Source: an uncultured bacterium
Lineage (GTDB): Bacteria > Patescibacteriota > Minisyncoccia > Moranbacterales > UBA2206
Length of the DNA: 64,000 nt
Assembly: GCA_903841185.1 (NCBI GenBank)
Contig: CAIMIV010000042.1
Coordinates: 11,319-75,318, forward strand
Reading direction: 5' to 3'
Shown here: positions 20,288 to 29,972 of the stretch, piece by piece
Numbering within the stretch: position 1 is the stretch's first letter
Layout: the number at the start of each line of letters is the position of its first letter
Position numbers and translations under genes: made by a program
Notes under the pieces: generated by a model
The model's database searches: none
The model's input: only the letters and a program-made list of their open reading frames with translations
Told to the model about the DNA's origin: nothing

Positions 20288-20881
20288 CTATGAGAGAGAG
20301 GGCACTCTAACGGCATATTTGTGTAGATTCTGGAGTTGCTTTTCGTTGAGAATTTTCGCTCTTCCGATGGCCTCTTGAATCAAATCTTTAGAAAATTCTA
20401 CTGAAGTTCCCACGTGGACAGAGCCAGAATGAGAAACTTTCTTTCGCAGATAGTCTTCGATGTAGATCTTGTGTTCAGCACTGAGCGTCGCATCTTGGTT
20501 TTTTTCCAGATAATTGGCCAGCGCTCGACGCGCCAATACAGTTTTTCCGTCTCCTCGTCCAGCGGTTTCCACAAAAGATTTTTCAGTCTCTTGGCTAGTC
20601 GCCTTAGGAGTTTCTTTTACATCGCCCTTCTTGGCAGTCGCAGTTTCCGCTACTTGATCGGTCGTAACAGCTAGATTTTCCGGGGAAGTGCTTTCTTCCA
20701 CGGCAGTTTCCTTAGTCAGCATAGACTGTTCGCTTCTCTTGGAGTAGGAATAGATGCCACCGGCGATAGCTACTACAATCAAAATGCTGATGATAACCCG
20801 GAGGTTATCTTGCAACCATTGCTTGGCTGTGGCTTGATTGATTTCTTCGTCAATATTGATATTATCTTGCATTTGTTTCAC
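20288..20881 (-). CDS. membrane-anchored hypothetical protein
   Basis: 197 aa with N-terminal TM helix VIISILIVVAIAGGIYSY, a low-complexity linker and a C-terminal globular domain. Confidence 0.45.
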   Translation of the reverse strand: MKQMQDNINIDEEINQATAKQWLQDNLRVIISILIVVAIAGGIYSYSKRSEQSMLTKETAVEESTSPENLAVTTDQVAETATAKKGDVKETPKATSQETEKSFVETAGRGDGKTVLARRALANYLEKNQDATLSAEHKIYIEDYLRKKVSHSGSVHVGTSVEFSKDLIQEAIGRAKILNEKQLQNLHKYAVRVPSLS

Positions 20882-21674
20882 CTACCTTTCTATTTTTAAT
20901 TTGTTAAGGGGCTTGCGTTGAAGCTATTTGCCCAAATAAAGGGGTTTCCTTGAGGGAAGACACCTGAATTCAAGACAATTCGACCAAAAATGTGTCTGTT
21001 TCTAAATTCTAGCAAAGCTGCCAGCGACGTCAACTAGACAAAAGGCTGTATTTTAGGTGTAATAGCGGGCGAATTTTCCCGTCTCGACTCGTGGAGGCGA
21101 CCACTCGCCGACCCGAGGCGGATAATTTTTAATTTCCAATTTTTAAAATAATGTTTAAATTTTTAATTTTCAATCCTAAATCGGGTATGATAAAAACTAA
21201 ATCTCAATCCCGAGGACTCAGGACCAAATGTCTAAATAATTAAAATTTTAAAAATTACAAAGTTATGCGGGACGTCGAATGTGAGAAAGAAAAATATGGA
21301 TAGAGGAAAATTTTTTCTAAAAAAGGGATGTGAGAAAATAAAAAGGAGGGGGTAAAAAATATTTTTTTATGTCAGAAAAAAAGAATTTATTTTTAGGGAA
21401 AAAAAATAGTCCGGCAAAATTATTTTTCACAGATTGAAAGAAAAAATAAAATGTTTATTTTAACGCAGTAAATATCGAAGAATAAAAAAAATATTTTTTG
21501 TGAAAAAATTTGGAGGCTGTGGATAACTTCTTCTATTGCAAAAAAAACTATTTGTTCTATAATTTAGATAGACAAAAATATTTTTTAAATAAAAAATAAA
21601 TTTGTTGAAATAAAAAAGGTCGAACAATGTATTATAAAGATAAAAATAAAATAGAAAGGAAGGTGAAATAAAAT

Positions 21675-21887
21675 ATGGCAGTAAAAAAAGCAGCAGCTAA
21701 AAAAGTTGCGAAAAAGGTTGTAAAAAAAGTAGCAGCTAAAAAAGTTGTGAAAAAGGTTGTAAAAAAAGTAGCAGCTAAAAAAGTTGTGAAAAAAGTAGCA
21801 GCTAAGAAAGTTGCTAAGAAGGTTGTGAAAAAAGCTGTAAAAAAAGCAGCTCCAAAGAAAAAAGTTGTAGCAAAAAAGAAGAAATAA
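21675..21887 (+). CDS. lysine/alanine-rich histone H1-like nucleoid protein
   Basis: 70 aa composed almost entirely of AAKKV/VVKKV repeats, encoded by ~45-bp tandem DNA repeats. A bidirectional terminator follows. Confidence 0.6.
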   Translation: MAVKKAAAKKVAKKVVKKVAAKKVVKKVVKKVAAKKVVKKVAAKKVAKKVVKKAVKKAAPKKKVVAKKKK

Positions 21888-21984
21888 TCTTTTTTTAGAT
21901 AAACTATCAACTTCTATCCAATCTACGCAGATATTATGCTTAACAGCAAATAACTATGATTGATTGAGGCAGAAGTCATACACT

Positions 21985-22012
21985 AAAAAACCCGCTATCA
22001 CGCGGGTTTTTT
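21985..22012. terminator. bidirectional terminator between H1-like gene and prmC
   Basis: aaaaaa cccgc tatcac gcggg tttttt. Confidence 0.6.
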
Positions 22013-22024
22013 AGTTGGCTAAAT

Positions 22025-22945
22025 TTAAACCGTGATTTGACAGAGGCGCCATTTTTGTGCCAGGTCTTTATGAAATGCGATGTGCGCTTGCGGAAGACGC
22101 TTTCGGATTAGCACCGGCAGTTGTCTTTTTTGCTCCGGACTGATCTCCATGTAACATGTTACATGTACCAAGGCATGAGTATTTTTTAGAGTTTCCATTT
22201 GCTGCAGCAGCTCCTCATAGTGTGCCAGTCCGGCAGCGGCGCTGTAGAGAGCGGATCGCGGTTCATATTTTTGCACGGTGGGGTGGGTGGCGGCATAGAT
22301 TTCGTCGGAGAGATAGGGGAGGTTGGCCAAGATTATCATCTTGGAATTTTCAATGTTCAATTTACAATTTTCAATTAGTGTTTCAAGAAGATTTCCTTGT
22401 AAGAATTTTATTTTTTTGGCCACGCCGTGGGTCTGGGCGTTTTGCTGTGCAACCGTTAGCGCTGCATTAGAAATATCCACGGCGAAGAATTTTGAATTTT
22501 GTCCGCCAGCTGGCGGATTGAATTTCGAATCAATGATTAAATTTTTTAAGATAGAAATAATAATATTGCCCGACCCAGTTCCCACGTCTACAATCATTTG
22601 ATGTTTGATGTTTGATGTTTGATGTTTGCTGGATATTTCCTGCAAGGCCATCTCGACCATCAATTCGGTCTCAGGACGGGGGATGAGCGTATCTGGGGTC
22701 ACAGCGAATGACAGGCCAAAAAACTCCCTGTAGCCCAGAATATAGGCCAAGGGCTCATCGCTCATTCTTCGCGTAATTTTTAAGTCTAAATTTTTAATTT
22801 TTAATGATGGAAGGACATATTCCGGGTAGGTCAGGACGAACTCGCGCGACTTTCCAATTTCTGCCGCAATCAGCACATCCAAGTCCAAGCGGTCAATTTT
22901 CCCGGCATATTTTTTCTGCAGGTCCGCGATGGTGGTCTTTGTCAT
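22025..22945 (-). CDS. prmC: peptide chain release factor N5-glutamine methyltransferase
   Basis: EPLAYILGYREFFGLSFAVTPDTLIPRPETE, SAM motif VDVGTGSGNI, and NLPY in place of NPPY. Confidence 0.75.
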   Translation of the reverse strand: MTKTTIADLQKKYAGKIDRLDLDVLIAAEIGKSREFVLTYPEYVLPSLKIKNLDLKITRRMSDEPLAYILGYREFFGLSFAVTPDTLIPRPETELMVEMALQEISSKHQTSNIKHQMIVDVGTGSGNIIISILKNLIIDSKFNPPAGGQNSKFFAVDISNAALTVAQQNAQTHGVAKKIKFLQGNLLETLIENCKLNIENSKMIILANLPYLSDEIYAATHPTVQKYEPRSALYSAAAGLAHYEELLQQMETLKNTHALVHVTCYMEISPEQKRQLPVLIRKRLPQAHIAFHKDLAQKWRLCQITV

Positions 22946-22954
22946 AATATTTTT

Positions 22955-23815
22955 TTAATCCAGTGGGCTTTTGATAGTCTGCAAATTAGTATTGGCCACC
23001 CTGGTGTAGATCTGTGTCGTTTCAAGGCGTGCATGACCCAGCAACTCTTGGATATAGCGAATGCTCGTGCCGGCTTCTAAAAGGTGAGTGGCGAAAGAAT
23101 GGCGCAAGCTGTGGCAAGAAACTTTTTTAGCAATGCCGGCCAGCTCAACTGCTTTTTTAACTATTTTTTCAGCACTTTCAGCAGTCAGATGTCCTTGTCC
23201 ACCAGCTCCAGTAAATAAATAGTCATTTGGCTTCTTCAGGGTTAATTGTTTTTGTAATGTTGGAATGAGTTTTTCAGATAACAGTGTGCAACGATCTTTT
23301 CCTCCCTTACCTTGGCGAACCATAATCATTTTTCTATCCAAATCAAAATCGCACATTCGGATTTTGATTGTCTCACTAACGCGCAGACCTGCCGAATACA
23401 TTAGTGATATCAAAAAATTATGTTTGGGGTTAGTTGTTTTCTCGAGCATTCGTTCAATCTCTTCTTTACTAAGGATTGTCGGCAGATAGTTGGTTTTTTT
23501 GGCACCTTTTATATCAAAGAAAAATTTGCGTTTCAATATTTGACGGTAATAGAATTTAAGGGCATTAAGTGCAACATTCAGGGTGGAATTGGCACAGTCC
23601 TTGTCTTTCAAAGAGATTAGGTATTGGCGAATGTCATCATTGGTTACTAGTTTGGGGCTTTTATCAGTAAATTGCAAAAAAAGCTTATTATAAAGTACAT
23701 AAGACTTTATAGTTTTTGGGCTAAAACCCCTGATTCTCAACTCTTGTTCTAAATTATACAGAGGGTCTCGTTCTTGAGTTGTTGTTTTTCCATCCATATG
23801 ATAGTATGTGTTCAT
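22955..23815 (-). CDS. tyrosine site-specific recombinase, XerC/XerD-like
   Basis: Catalytic residues in RVSE, KGGKDR, HSLRHSFATHLL, LLGH and QIYTRV. Size is 286 aa. Confidence 0.8.
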   Translation of the reverse strand: MNTYYHMDGKTTTQERDPLYNLEQELRIRGFSPKTIKSYVLYNKLFLQFTDKSPKLVTNDDIRQYLISLKDKDCANSTLNVALNALKFYYRQILKRKFFFDIKGAKKTNYLPTILSKEEIERMLEKTTNPKHNFLISLMYSAGLRVSETIKIRMCDFDLDRKMIMVRQGKGGKDRCTLLSEKLIPTLQKQLTLKKPNDYLFTGAGGQGHLTAESAEKIVKKAVELAGIAKKVSCHSLRHSFATHLLEAGTSIRYIQELLGHARLETTQIYTRVANTNLQTIKSPLD

Positions 23816-23894
23816 ATGATAGTTATGATTACATCAAAATCATAGCATAAACCATTGCTCAAGCCAATAACTTAGCAGGTACGAATAAAACTAG

Positions 23895-24189
23895 TTATCG
23901 GAAATAATTTATCACCTATGAATGAAAAATACAAAAAAATAGCCTTATCAGCATATATTCTTACAGCTGCCTATTTATCGACCGTATATAATTTCATTGG
24001 TCTCGTGGGGGCTGATTTTATCTTGGCGATTTTGGTTGCGATTTTACTAAATAGCTTTTTAGCATATCTGATATGGTCGAGTGATAAAACGCGAAAGTAT
24101 TCGGCTATTATTTTGACGATATTATTGTTGTTGGCCGCTCTTCATTTGTTGCCAGTATTTTAAAGGTGGTGATAAATTACATCCGATAA
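23895..24189. repeat. 295-bp unit bounded by 22-bp inverted repeats, enclosing a small ORF
   Basis: Left ttatcggaaataatttatcacc (23895-23916) against the reverse complement of right ggtgataaattacatccgataa (24168-24189) matches at 20 of 22 positions. The enclosed ORF starts 2 nt after the left IR and stops 5 nt before the right IR. Confidence 0.45.
23918..24163 (+). CDS. small membrane protein (2 TM)
   Basis: 81 aa with two hydrophobic helices. Confidence 0.45.
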   Translation: MNEKYKKIALSAYILTAAYLSTVYNFIGLVGADFILAILVAILLNSFLAYLIWSSDKTRKYSAIILTILLLLAALHLLPVF

Positions 24190-24386
24190 CAAAGAATATC
24201 TGGTTCAAAAAATTTGCCACAACTAAAACTAAAAGGAGGGCAAATTTTTCTCTCCCAAATCCCGCACTTTTCCGTTTTGTTGTAATTTAGAGTATAATGA
24301 GATGAATAAATAAATAAGAATATTAAGGTTTTGTGCCTAAAAGCCAAAGTGCAGGACTTCAGATATTCTTAAACGTTAAACGAAAT
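24187..24386 (+). repeat. copy 1 of a ~200-bp island repeat
   Basis: Begins taacaaagaatatctggttc and ends cttaaacgtta. Contains the hairpin aaaaatttgcc..ggcaaattttt with AAGGAGG in the loop and a tagagTATAATgag -10-like box. It is more than 90 percent identical to copies at 24886 and 29396. Confidence 0.7.
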
Positions 24387-24440
24387 TTTGTTCAAAAATA
24401 TTTTTTCATTTTTTATTGAGCCTTTTTGAAATTTTTTTAG

Positions 24441-24486
24441 AAAAAAGAAAGCCCCAGGTGGAATTGAATTTTCCACGAGGGGCTTA
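24441..24486 (-). terminator. rho-independent terminator for minus-strand small gene
   Basis: Hairpin agccccaggtggaa..ttccacgaggggct with a T-run on the minus strand. Confidence 0.45.
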
Positions 24487-24506
24487 GTTGTTGGCGTGTA
24501 ATGCGC

Positions 24507-24749
24507 TTATAAGTAACAAACGGGTCCGTTCTCACCTTTTTTTGTGTAAATTAGTGAAACCATTTGTGCAATAAGGCAGACCAGAAAAAATTCATACCTG
24601 CTTCCATTGATTTTTGGAATGTCAAATACCACGCTTGTGATTGCACTTAACATTCCAATGGTCCCCATAATTACGCCGATCCAGGCAAAAAACGTGTTAT
24701 TTTTATGCCAAATTTCTTTCATTATGACATCCTCCTTTTCGAGTTTCAT
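24507..24749 (-). CDS. small membrane protein
   Basis: 80 aa, two TM helices, followed by a terminator. Confidence 0.4.
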   Translation of the reverse strand: MKLEKEDVIMKEIWHKNNTFFAWIGVIMGTIGMLSAITSVVFDIPKINGSRYEFFLVCLIAQMVSLIYTKKGENGPVCYL

Positions 24750-24885
24750 GGTTTAATGTACTGTTTAACACCAAAATTAGCGTTCAAAGTAGCATAGCAG
24801 AAAACCAGTAACCCGTCAAGCCCACGGCCAAAAAATTTCAAAAAGGCTCTTTTAATAAGGAATATATTTTTGAACAAAACATCGT

Positions 24886-25088
24886 TTAACAAAGAATATC
24901 TGGTTCAAAAAATTTGCCGCAGTTAAAAACTAAAAGGAGGGCAAATTTTTCTCTCCCAAATCCAGCACTTTTCCGTTTTGCTGTAATTTAGAGTATAATG
25001 AGATTAACAAAGTAAATAGGAATATCAAGGTTTTGTGCATAAAAACCAAAGTGCAGGACTTCAGATATTCTTAAACGTTAAGTGAAAT
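24886..25088 (+). repeat. copy 2 of the ~200-bp island repeat
   Basis: Near-identical to copy 1 and lies upstream of the + strand ORF at 25216. Confidence 0.7.
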
Positions 25089-25215
25089 AAATCTTTATCT
25101 TTGTGGAAATTTCGAGCCAGGTTGCGTTGAACCAAGACGAAAATTTGATTTTTTTAAAAGTTTTTCCGCCACAGGCGGGATTATTTGGGGCTATTTTATT
25201 TTTAAATATAAAAAT

Positions 25216-26001
25216 ATGGAAAAAATTAACAAAAGCACAACACTGTTATTAAGTTCTTTTGCATTACTTCTGGTGCTAATCATTGCTGGGGTCATATCTT
25301 TCAAAAAAGAAATATCAACCTTAAAAAAAACACAGCAGTCATTATTACAAGAGAATGCGAAACTAAAGCAGGTCACAATTACTGATTCTCCTCAAAAAGC
25401 TCCCGTTGCTGAAATAACGGTTGGCAGTCCATGCGATGTGAATAATGGAAATATTTTAAATTCTAAGGGTCTGCAATGTTATTTTTATGATAGCTTAGAT
25501 TCAAGTGGAAATGAAATATTTCCTCGACACGGGGTATGGATTAAGCCTGATTTACGAAATATGCAAATTGATTCAAAGCTATATGAAATATATTTTAAGT
25601 CATGGAAAAAATATGTAAGTCCGGATAAAACTATTAGTTTTTCTTACCCACAAAACTGGAAAGTTGATGAGTCAAGTTGGAAGGATGGTAACTTATCTAT
25701 ACAATCAAGTGACTATTCACCGATATCAATTTCTAAGATTGAAAATAATGCTATTACAATAGAGCAGAGAATTAGTGATGATGAAAATGATAGACCATTT
25801 GAGAGAACTATTATCGAATTAAATGGCGTTAGTGGCACGAGACTCGACATCGCCCCAAAAGATAATTTAAGTGACCAAGAGCAAATAAAATTCTATTTTC
25901 AAAAGGATAAATATTACGTTGAATTAAGTGTTGCAAAAGCTGGATATGCTGCGTATGATTTTCCGACAGAATATTTATTGAGTACGATAAAAATAAAATA
26001 G
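25216..26001 (+). CDS. secreted or membrane-anchored hypothetical protein
   Basis: 261 aa with an N-terminal signal/anchor helix and no recognisable domain. Confidence 0.5.
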   Translation: MEKINKSTTLLLSSFALLLVLIIAGVISFKKEISTLKKTQQSLLQENAKLKQVTITDSPQKAPVAEITVGSPCDVNNGNILNSKGLQCYFYDSLDSSGNEIFPRHGVWIKPDLRNMQIDSKLYEIYFKSWKKYVSPDKTISFSYPQNWKVDESSWKDGNLSIQSSDYSPISISKIENNAITIEQRISDDENDRPFERTIIELNGVSGTRLDIAPKDNLSDQEQIKFYFQKDKYYVELSVAKAGYAAYDFPTEYLLSTIKIK

Positions 26002-26117
26002 CCCCAAATAATTGTTTTGCCATTCTGCAAAACAAAAACTTTTAAAAAAAATCAAATTTTCTATTAGCATGGATAAAGTTTGTGCTAATAAAAATGAAGA
26101 TAAAAATTTACATCACT

Positions 26118-26298
26118 TAACACGGCATATGCGGTTCAAAAATTTTGCGCTATTATATTTCAAGGAGTGCAAAATTTCCTCTCCCAAATTGCGCTGACGG
26201 AATGGCAAGTTTAGTGATATAATCAAGATAAGCGAAATTAACAAAATAATCAATCAATCCACGGCGCAACTTCGCATGTGCCGATACGTTAGACGAAA
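26118..26298 (+). repeat. diverged copy 3 of the island repeat
   Basis: Shares the start tacatcacttaac, a hairpin with compensatory changes (aattttgc/gcaaaatt), AAGGAG in the loop, ctctccc and a gtgaTATAATc box. It ends cgttagacgaaat. Confidence 0.5.
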
Positions 26299-26435
26299 TA
26301 AATTTATTTTATTTTTTAAATTCGCTTTTTATAATAAGAAAAAATAAGTTTTTTTATCTATTTATATAGGGGTAAAAAGGTGTTTTCTCCGCTGAGGCTG
26401 CGAAAACGGATTTATTAATATAATTTGTTTATATT

Positions 26436-28172
26436 ATGCAAAAAAATAACGAGATTGATTCATTAAAATTCAGCTGGGGTGATTTGGCGCGAGCGATTTT
26501 ATATTTATTTGGGGAAAAGAAAAATGAATATCTTTTTTCTTTGTTTGTCGTGGCTGTATTTAATTTATACGTAATTGTGCCGCCTTTGATAATTGGAAAA
26601 GTGATTGATTTTTTCAGCACATACAAATCAGGTGAATCGTTGAATACTTTTTATTTTTATGTGATTTTTCTGGGAATTTTCATTGGCGCCGTGCATTATT
26701 TCAATCTCTCCGCAATCCAGAAATTTCTACGTCTTAGCAACGAGTTAGTTTATAAGATTCGCGTCCAGGGCTTTGAGAAGTTATTGGAACAATCACTGTC
26801 CGAGCATGGTGAAGAAAATACAGGCGCCAAAAATCAAAAGATTCAAAATGGCGTGACGGCTTTTAATTTGTTTTCCGAAGCCTTGAATGACAGAATACTT
26901 CCCTCAATAGCGACGCTAGTCGGTGTTTTTGGCGTATTTTTGTATTTGAATTTTATCTATAATATTATTCTGATCGCTTATTTAATTGGCTTTGTCTACA
27001 TCCTTAGATTTTTCAGAAAGAAATTCGTAATGCTTCATTATGAAAAGAGTTTAGCTATGGAAAAATCAAGTGGTACTTATATTGAAGGTTTGAGCAATAT
27101 TACCACGATTAAGGCTAGTGGTGCAGAAAAAAATTTCAAAAGATCAGTCAGCAAAAACGAAGAGGCACGTAATTTTTTTGATCAAGAGATTTTGCGTGTC
27201 CGTGTAAATCAGTGGAAGTTATTTAACATTTATAACGGTATTTATACGGGAATATTTTTGTTTGTTATTGGTAGGGATGTAATCGCTGGCGTGGTTTCGA
27301 TCGGATCAATTGCAATTTTGTTGGCTTATTTAGAGAAAATAACCGACGCATCTGGCAAAGTGCTTGGTATGTATGGCTATTTAATTGACAAAAGAACATC
27401 TATCGCCCGCATGATGACTATTTTTTGGGCTGATAACAATATTTTAACTGGCGAAAAAGAATTCCCAGTCGATTGGCAGGAGATAAAATTAAGCAATGCG
27501 AGTTATGCTTATAAAAATGAAAAAAACACTAAAACTAATATTAACGGTGTCAATCTGGTGATTCAAAAAAACCAAAAAGTTGGCATCATTGGCACAACTG
27601 GCAGTGGCAAATCAACGCTTGTAAAATTATTGCTTGGCCTATACCCGCTTGATAAAGGAGAATACAAAATCGGCACAACTAATTTTTATGACATCAAGCA
27701 TGATGAAATATTCAAGCACATAGCAATTGTCTTACAAGAGTCGGAAATGTTCAATATTTCACTCAAAGAAAATATTGCGTTAAGTGAAAAAATTGATGAA
27801 GGGCGTTTATTGCACGCGATCAACATTGCTCAATTGGATGAGGTGGTGAAAAGCTTACCTAATGGCTTTGAAACTTTAATCGGGGAAAAGGGATACCATC
27901 TTTCTGGCGGCGAACGCCAACGCGTCGGCATTGCTCGAGCGATTTATAAAGATCCTGAAATTATGATTTTTGACGAAGCTACTTCATCACTTGATGTGCA
28001 AACAGAAAAGAAAATTCAAAAAGCACTTTTGGACAATCTTCAGCAAAAAACTATTATCATAGTCGCACATCGAACGAATACCCTGGAAAAAGTAGATGTT
28101 ATCTATAAAGTGGAAGGTGGAAAAATTGTTCAACAAGGAAGTTATGAGGAGTTTTTTGGTATTCACCAATGA
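26436..28172 (+). CDS. ABC transporter, fused permease/ATP-binding subunit
   Basis: TM domain plus GTTGSGKSTL, LSGGERQRVGIARA, IMIFDEATSSLD and VAHR. Confidence 0.85.
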   Translation: MQKNNEIDSLKFSWGDLARAILYLFGEKKNEYLFSLFVVAVFNLYVIVPPLIIGKVIDFFSTYKSGESLNTFYFYVIFLGIFIGAVHYFNLSAIQKFLRLSNELVYKIRVQGFEKLLEQSLSEHGEENTGAKNQKIQNGVTAFNLFSEALNDRILPSIATLVGVFGVFLYLNFIYNIILIAYLIGFVYILRFFRKKFVMLHYEKSLAMEKSSGTYIEGLSNITTIKASGAEKNFKRSVSKNEEARNFFDQEILRVRVNQWKLFNIYNGIYTGIFLFVIGRDVIAGVVSIGSIAILLAYLEKITDASGKVLGMYGYLIDKRTSIARMMTIFWADNNILTGEKEFPVDWQEIKLSNASYAYKNEKNTKTNINGVNLVIQKNQKVGIIGTTGSGKSTLVKLLLGLYPLDKGEYKIGTTNFYDIKHDEIFKHIAIVLQESEMFNISLKENIALSEKIDEGRLLHAINIAQLDEVVKSLPNGFETLIGEKGYHLSGGERQRVGIARAIYKDPEIMIFDEATSSLDVQTEKKIQKALLDNLQQKTIIIVAHRTNTLEKVDVIYKVEGGKIVQQGSYEEFFGIHQ

Positions 28173-28232
28173 CCTCAAACATGATAAAATAAAGATAAGT
28201 TTCACTGCCTATTTTAATAAAATACAAAATTC

Positions 28233-29255
28233 ATGTCCAAAAACAATCATAAAATTAGCATAAAAGACGAATTGACCGAATTTCTGCTTTACACAGCCCC
28301 AAGTGGCAAGGTAAAAGTAGAAATTTACTTTCATGACGAAAATATTTGGCTTACCCAAGACAAAATGGCCAAATTATTTGGCGTGCAACAACCAGCTATT
28401 GCCAAACACTTGAAGAATATTTTTGAAAGCGGTGAATTGCTGGAAAATTCAGTTCATTCCATTTTGGAATATACTGCCAGCGATGGCAAAAAGTATCAAA
28501 CCAAATTTTATAATCTTGACGCCATAATTTCCGTTGGATATCGGGTAAATTCAGCTCAAGCTACTCAATTTCGCATCTGGGCAACAGAAAGGCTTAAAGA
28601 GTACATCATAAAAGGTTTCACCATAGATGATGAGAGATTGAAGAATGGAAGATATTTTGACAAAGATTATTTTCTCGAACTTTTGGAAAGAGTCCGTTCA
28701 ATTCGTGCTAGTGAGCGAAAAATTTATCAGCAAATTACGGATATTTTTGCTGAATGTAGTATGGATTACAGTCCAACATCAGAAATTGCTAAAAATTTTT
28801 ATGCAATGATTCAAAATAAATTCCATTTTGCTATTACTGGCAAAACTGCAGCTGAGATTATTTATGAGACGGCTGACAAGCAAAAACCATTTATGGGACT
28901 TAAGACTTGGAAAAATTCACCAAATGGCAGAATTATCAAATCCGACACAGTTATCGCTAAAAATTATCTTAACGAGGATAAAATAAAAAAACTGGAAAGA
29001 GGCATTGTCGGCTATTTTGATTACATTGAAAGATTGATTGAGAATCACACCGCTCTCACGATGGAAAAGTTGGCGGAATCTGTAAATAACTTTTTGGAGT
29101 TTAACAAGTACGAAGTGCTTGAAGGAAAGGGCACGATTTCTCATGCCCAAGCAGAACAAAAAGCGTTTCAAGAATATGACGAATATAATAAGACGCAGGC
29201 AATAGAATCTGATTTTGACAAACTTGTAAAATCTTTACCGACTGGAGAAAAATAA
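28233..29255 (+). CDS. RhuM-family virulence/DNA-binding protein
   Basis: N-terminal VKVEIYFHDENIWLTQDKMAKLFGVQQPAIAKHL and the AIISVGYRVNS region match the RhuM family. Confidence 0.65.
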   Translation: MSKNNHKISIKDELTEFLLYTAPSGKVKVEIYFHDENIWLTQDKMAKLFGVQQPAIAKHLKNIFESGELLENSVHSILEYTASDGKKYQTKFYNLDAIISVGYRVNSAQATQFRIWATERLKEYIIKGFTIDDERLKNGRYFDKDYFLELLERVRSIRASERKIYQQITDIFAECSMDYSPTSEIAKNFYAMIQNKFHFAITGKTAAEIIYETADKQKPFMGLKTWKNSPNGRIIKSDTVIAKNYLNEDKIKKLERGIVGYFDYIERLIENHTALTMEKLAESVNNFLEFNKYEVLEGKGTISHAQAEQKAFQEYDEYNKTQAIESDFDKLVKSLPTGEK

Positions 29256-29395
29256 GGAGTTTTGAATTTTAGGCATTCCCGCCAGAGGCGGACAGGCATC
29301 CCTGACCCCTCTGCCCAAAATCCAAAACAAAAAAACTTATTTAATCTATTTAGAATAAAAAGCGAATTTAAAAAAGAAAATAAATTTACATCGTC

Positions 29396-29615
29396 TAACA
29401 AAGAATATCTGGTTCAAAAAATTTGCCGCAGTTAAAAATACAAGGAGGGCAAATTTTTTTCTCCCCTGCCTACCGGCAGGCAGGCAAATCCCGCACTTTT
29501 CCATTTTGTCGTAATTTAGGGTATAATAGGATTAATAAATAAATAGGAATATTAAGGTTTTATGCATAAAAACCAAAGTGCAGGACTTCAGATATTCTTA
29601 AACGTTAGGTGTAAT
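29396..29615 (+). repeat. copy 4 of the ~200-bp island repeat carrying a 22-bp palindromic insertion
   Basis: Same as copies 1 and 2, except that ctgcctaccggcaggcaggca is inserted after ctccc. The same 25-mer occurs at 10297. Confidence 0.7.
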
Positions 29616-29652
29616 TTATTTAAAATCCCTTAAAAAATAAATTAAGAAAAAT

Positions 29653-29955
29653 ATGACAACAATAAATGAGTTTCAAGAAATGTGTGCCAAGGTGGTGGGG
29701 GAGATTGACGCAAAATATGGCATTGCTCGTGACCCGCATTTTAGCTTCACACAATTTATGGAAGAAGTTGGTGAACTGGCGAAAGAGATAAATAAGCCGA
29801 AGTTGCGCAACAAAGAAATGGATCGGGAAAATTTGAACGGTGAATTTGCCGACGTCATCTTGCAGTTTTTCACACTTGCCAGTATGCTAGAAGTAGATGT
29901 GGAAAAGGCAGTTGAAGCTAAAATGGCGATACTGAAAGAGCGACATGATTTATAA
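29653..29955 (+). CDS. MazG-like nucleotide pyrophosphohydrolase domain protein
   Basis: 100 aa with the EEVGELAKEI...EFADVILQ pattern of the MazG/NTP-PPase all-alpha fold. Confidence 0.55.
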   Translation: MTTINEFQEMCAKVVGEIDAKYGIARDPHFSFTQFMEEVGELAKEINKPKLRNKEMDRENLNGEFADVILQFFTLASMLEVDVEKAVEAKMAILKERHDL

Positions 29956-29972
29956 TTTTAAATTACAATCCT

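Noticed and set aside
21100-21260. AT-rich near-repeats of aatttttaatttccaatttttaa (also at 13160, 39575-39700, 32570) considered as CRISPR or array repeats.
   Set aside because: They are irregularly spaced low-complexity AT motifs without unique spacers, and occur partly inside coding sequence. They are consistent with promoter or UP-like AT tracts, not a CRISPR array.
22502-22517. Interpreting FNPPAGG in PrmC (encoded over the tccgccagctggcgga palindrome) as the catalytic NPPY motif.
   Set aside because: The catalytic motif is the downstream NLPY, at the expected distance after the SAM-binding motif. The palindrome-encoded segment sits in a variable loop.
22955-23815. Calling the recombinase an integron integrase (IntI).
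   Set aside because: At 286 aa it has the XerC/XerD-like size and layout, and I cannot see the IntI-specific extra segment by eye. Only the genomic context is integron-like, so it is kept as a generic tyrosine recombinase.
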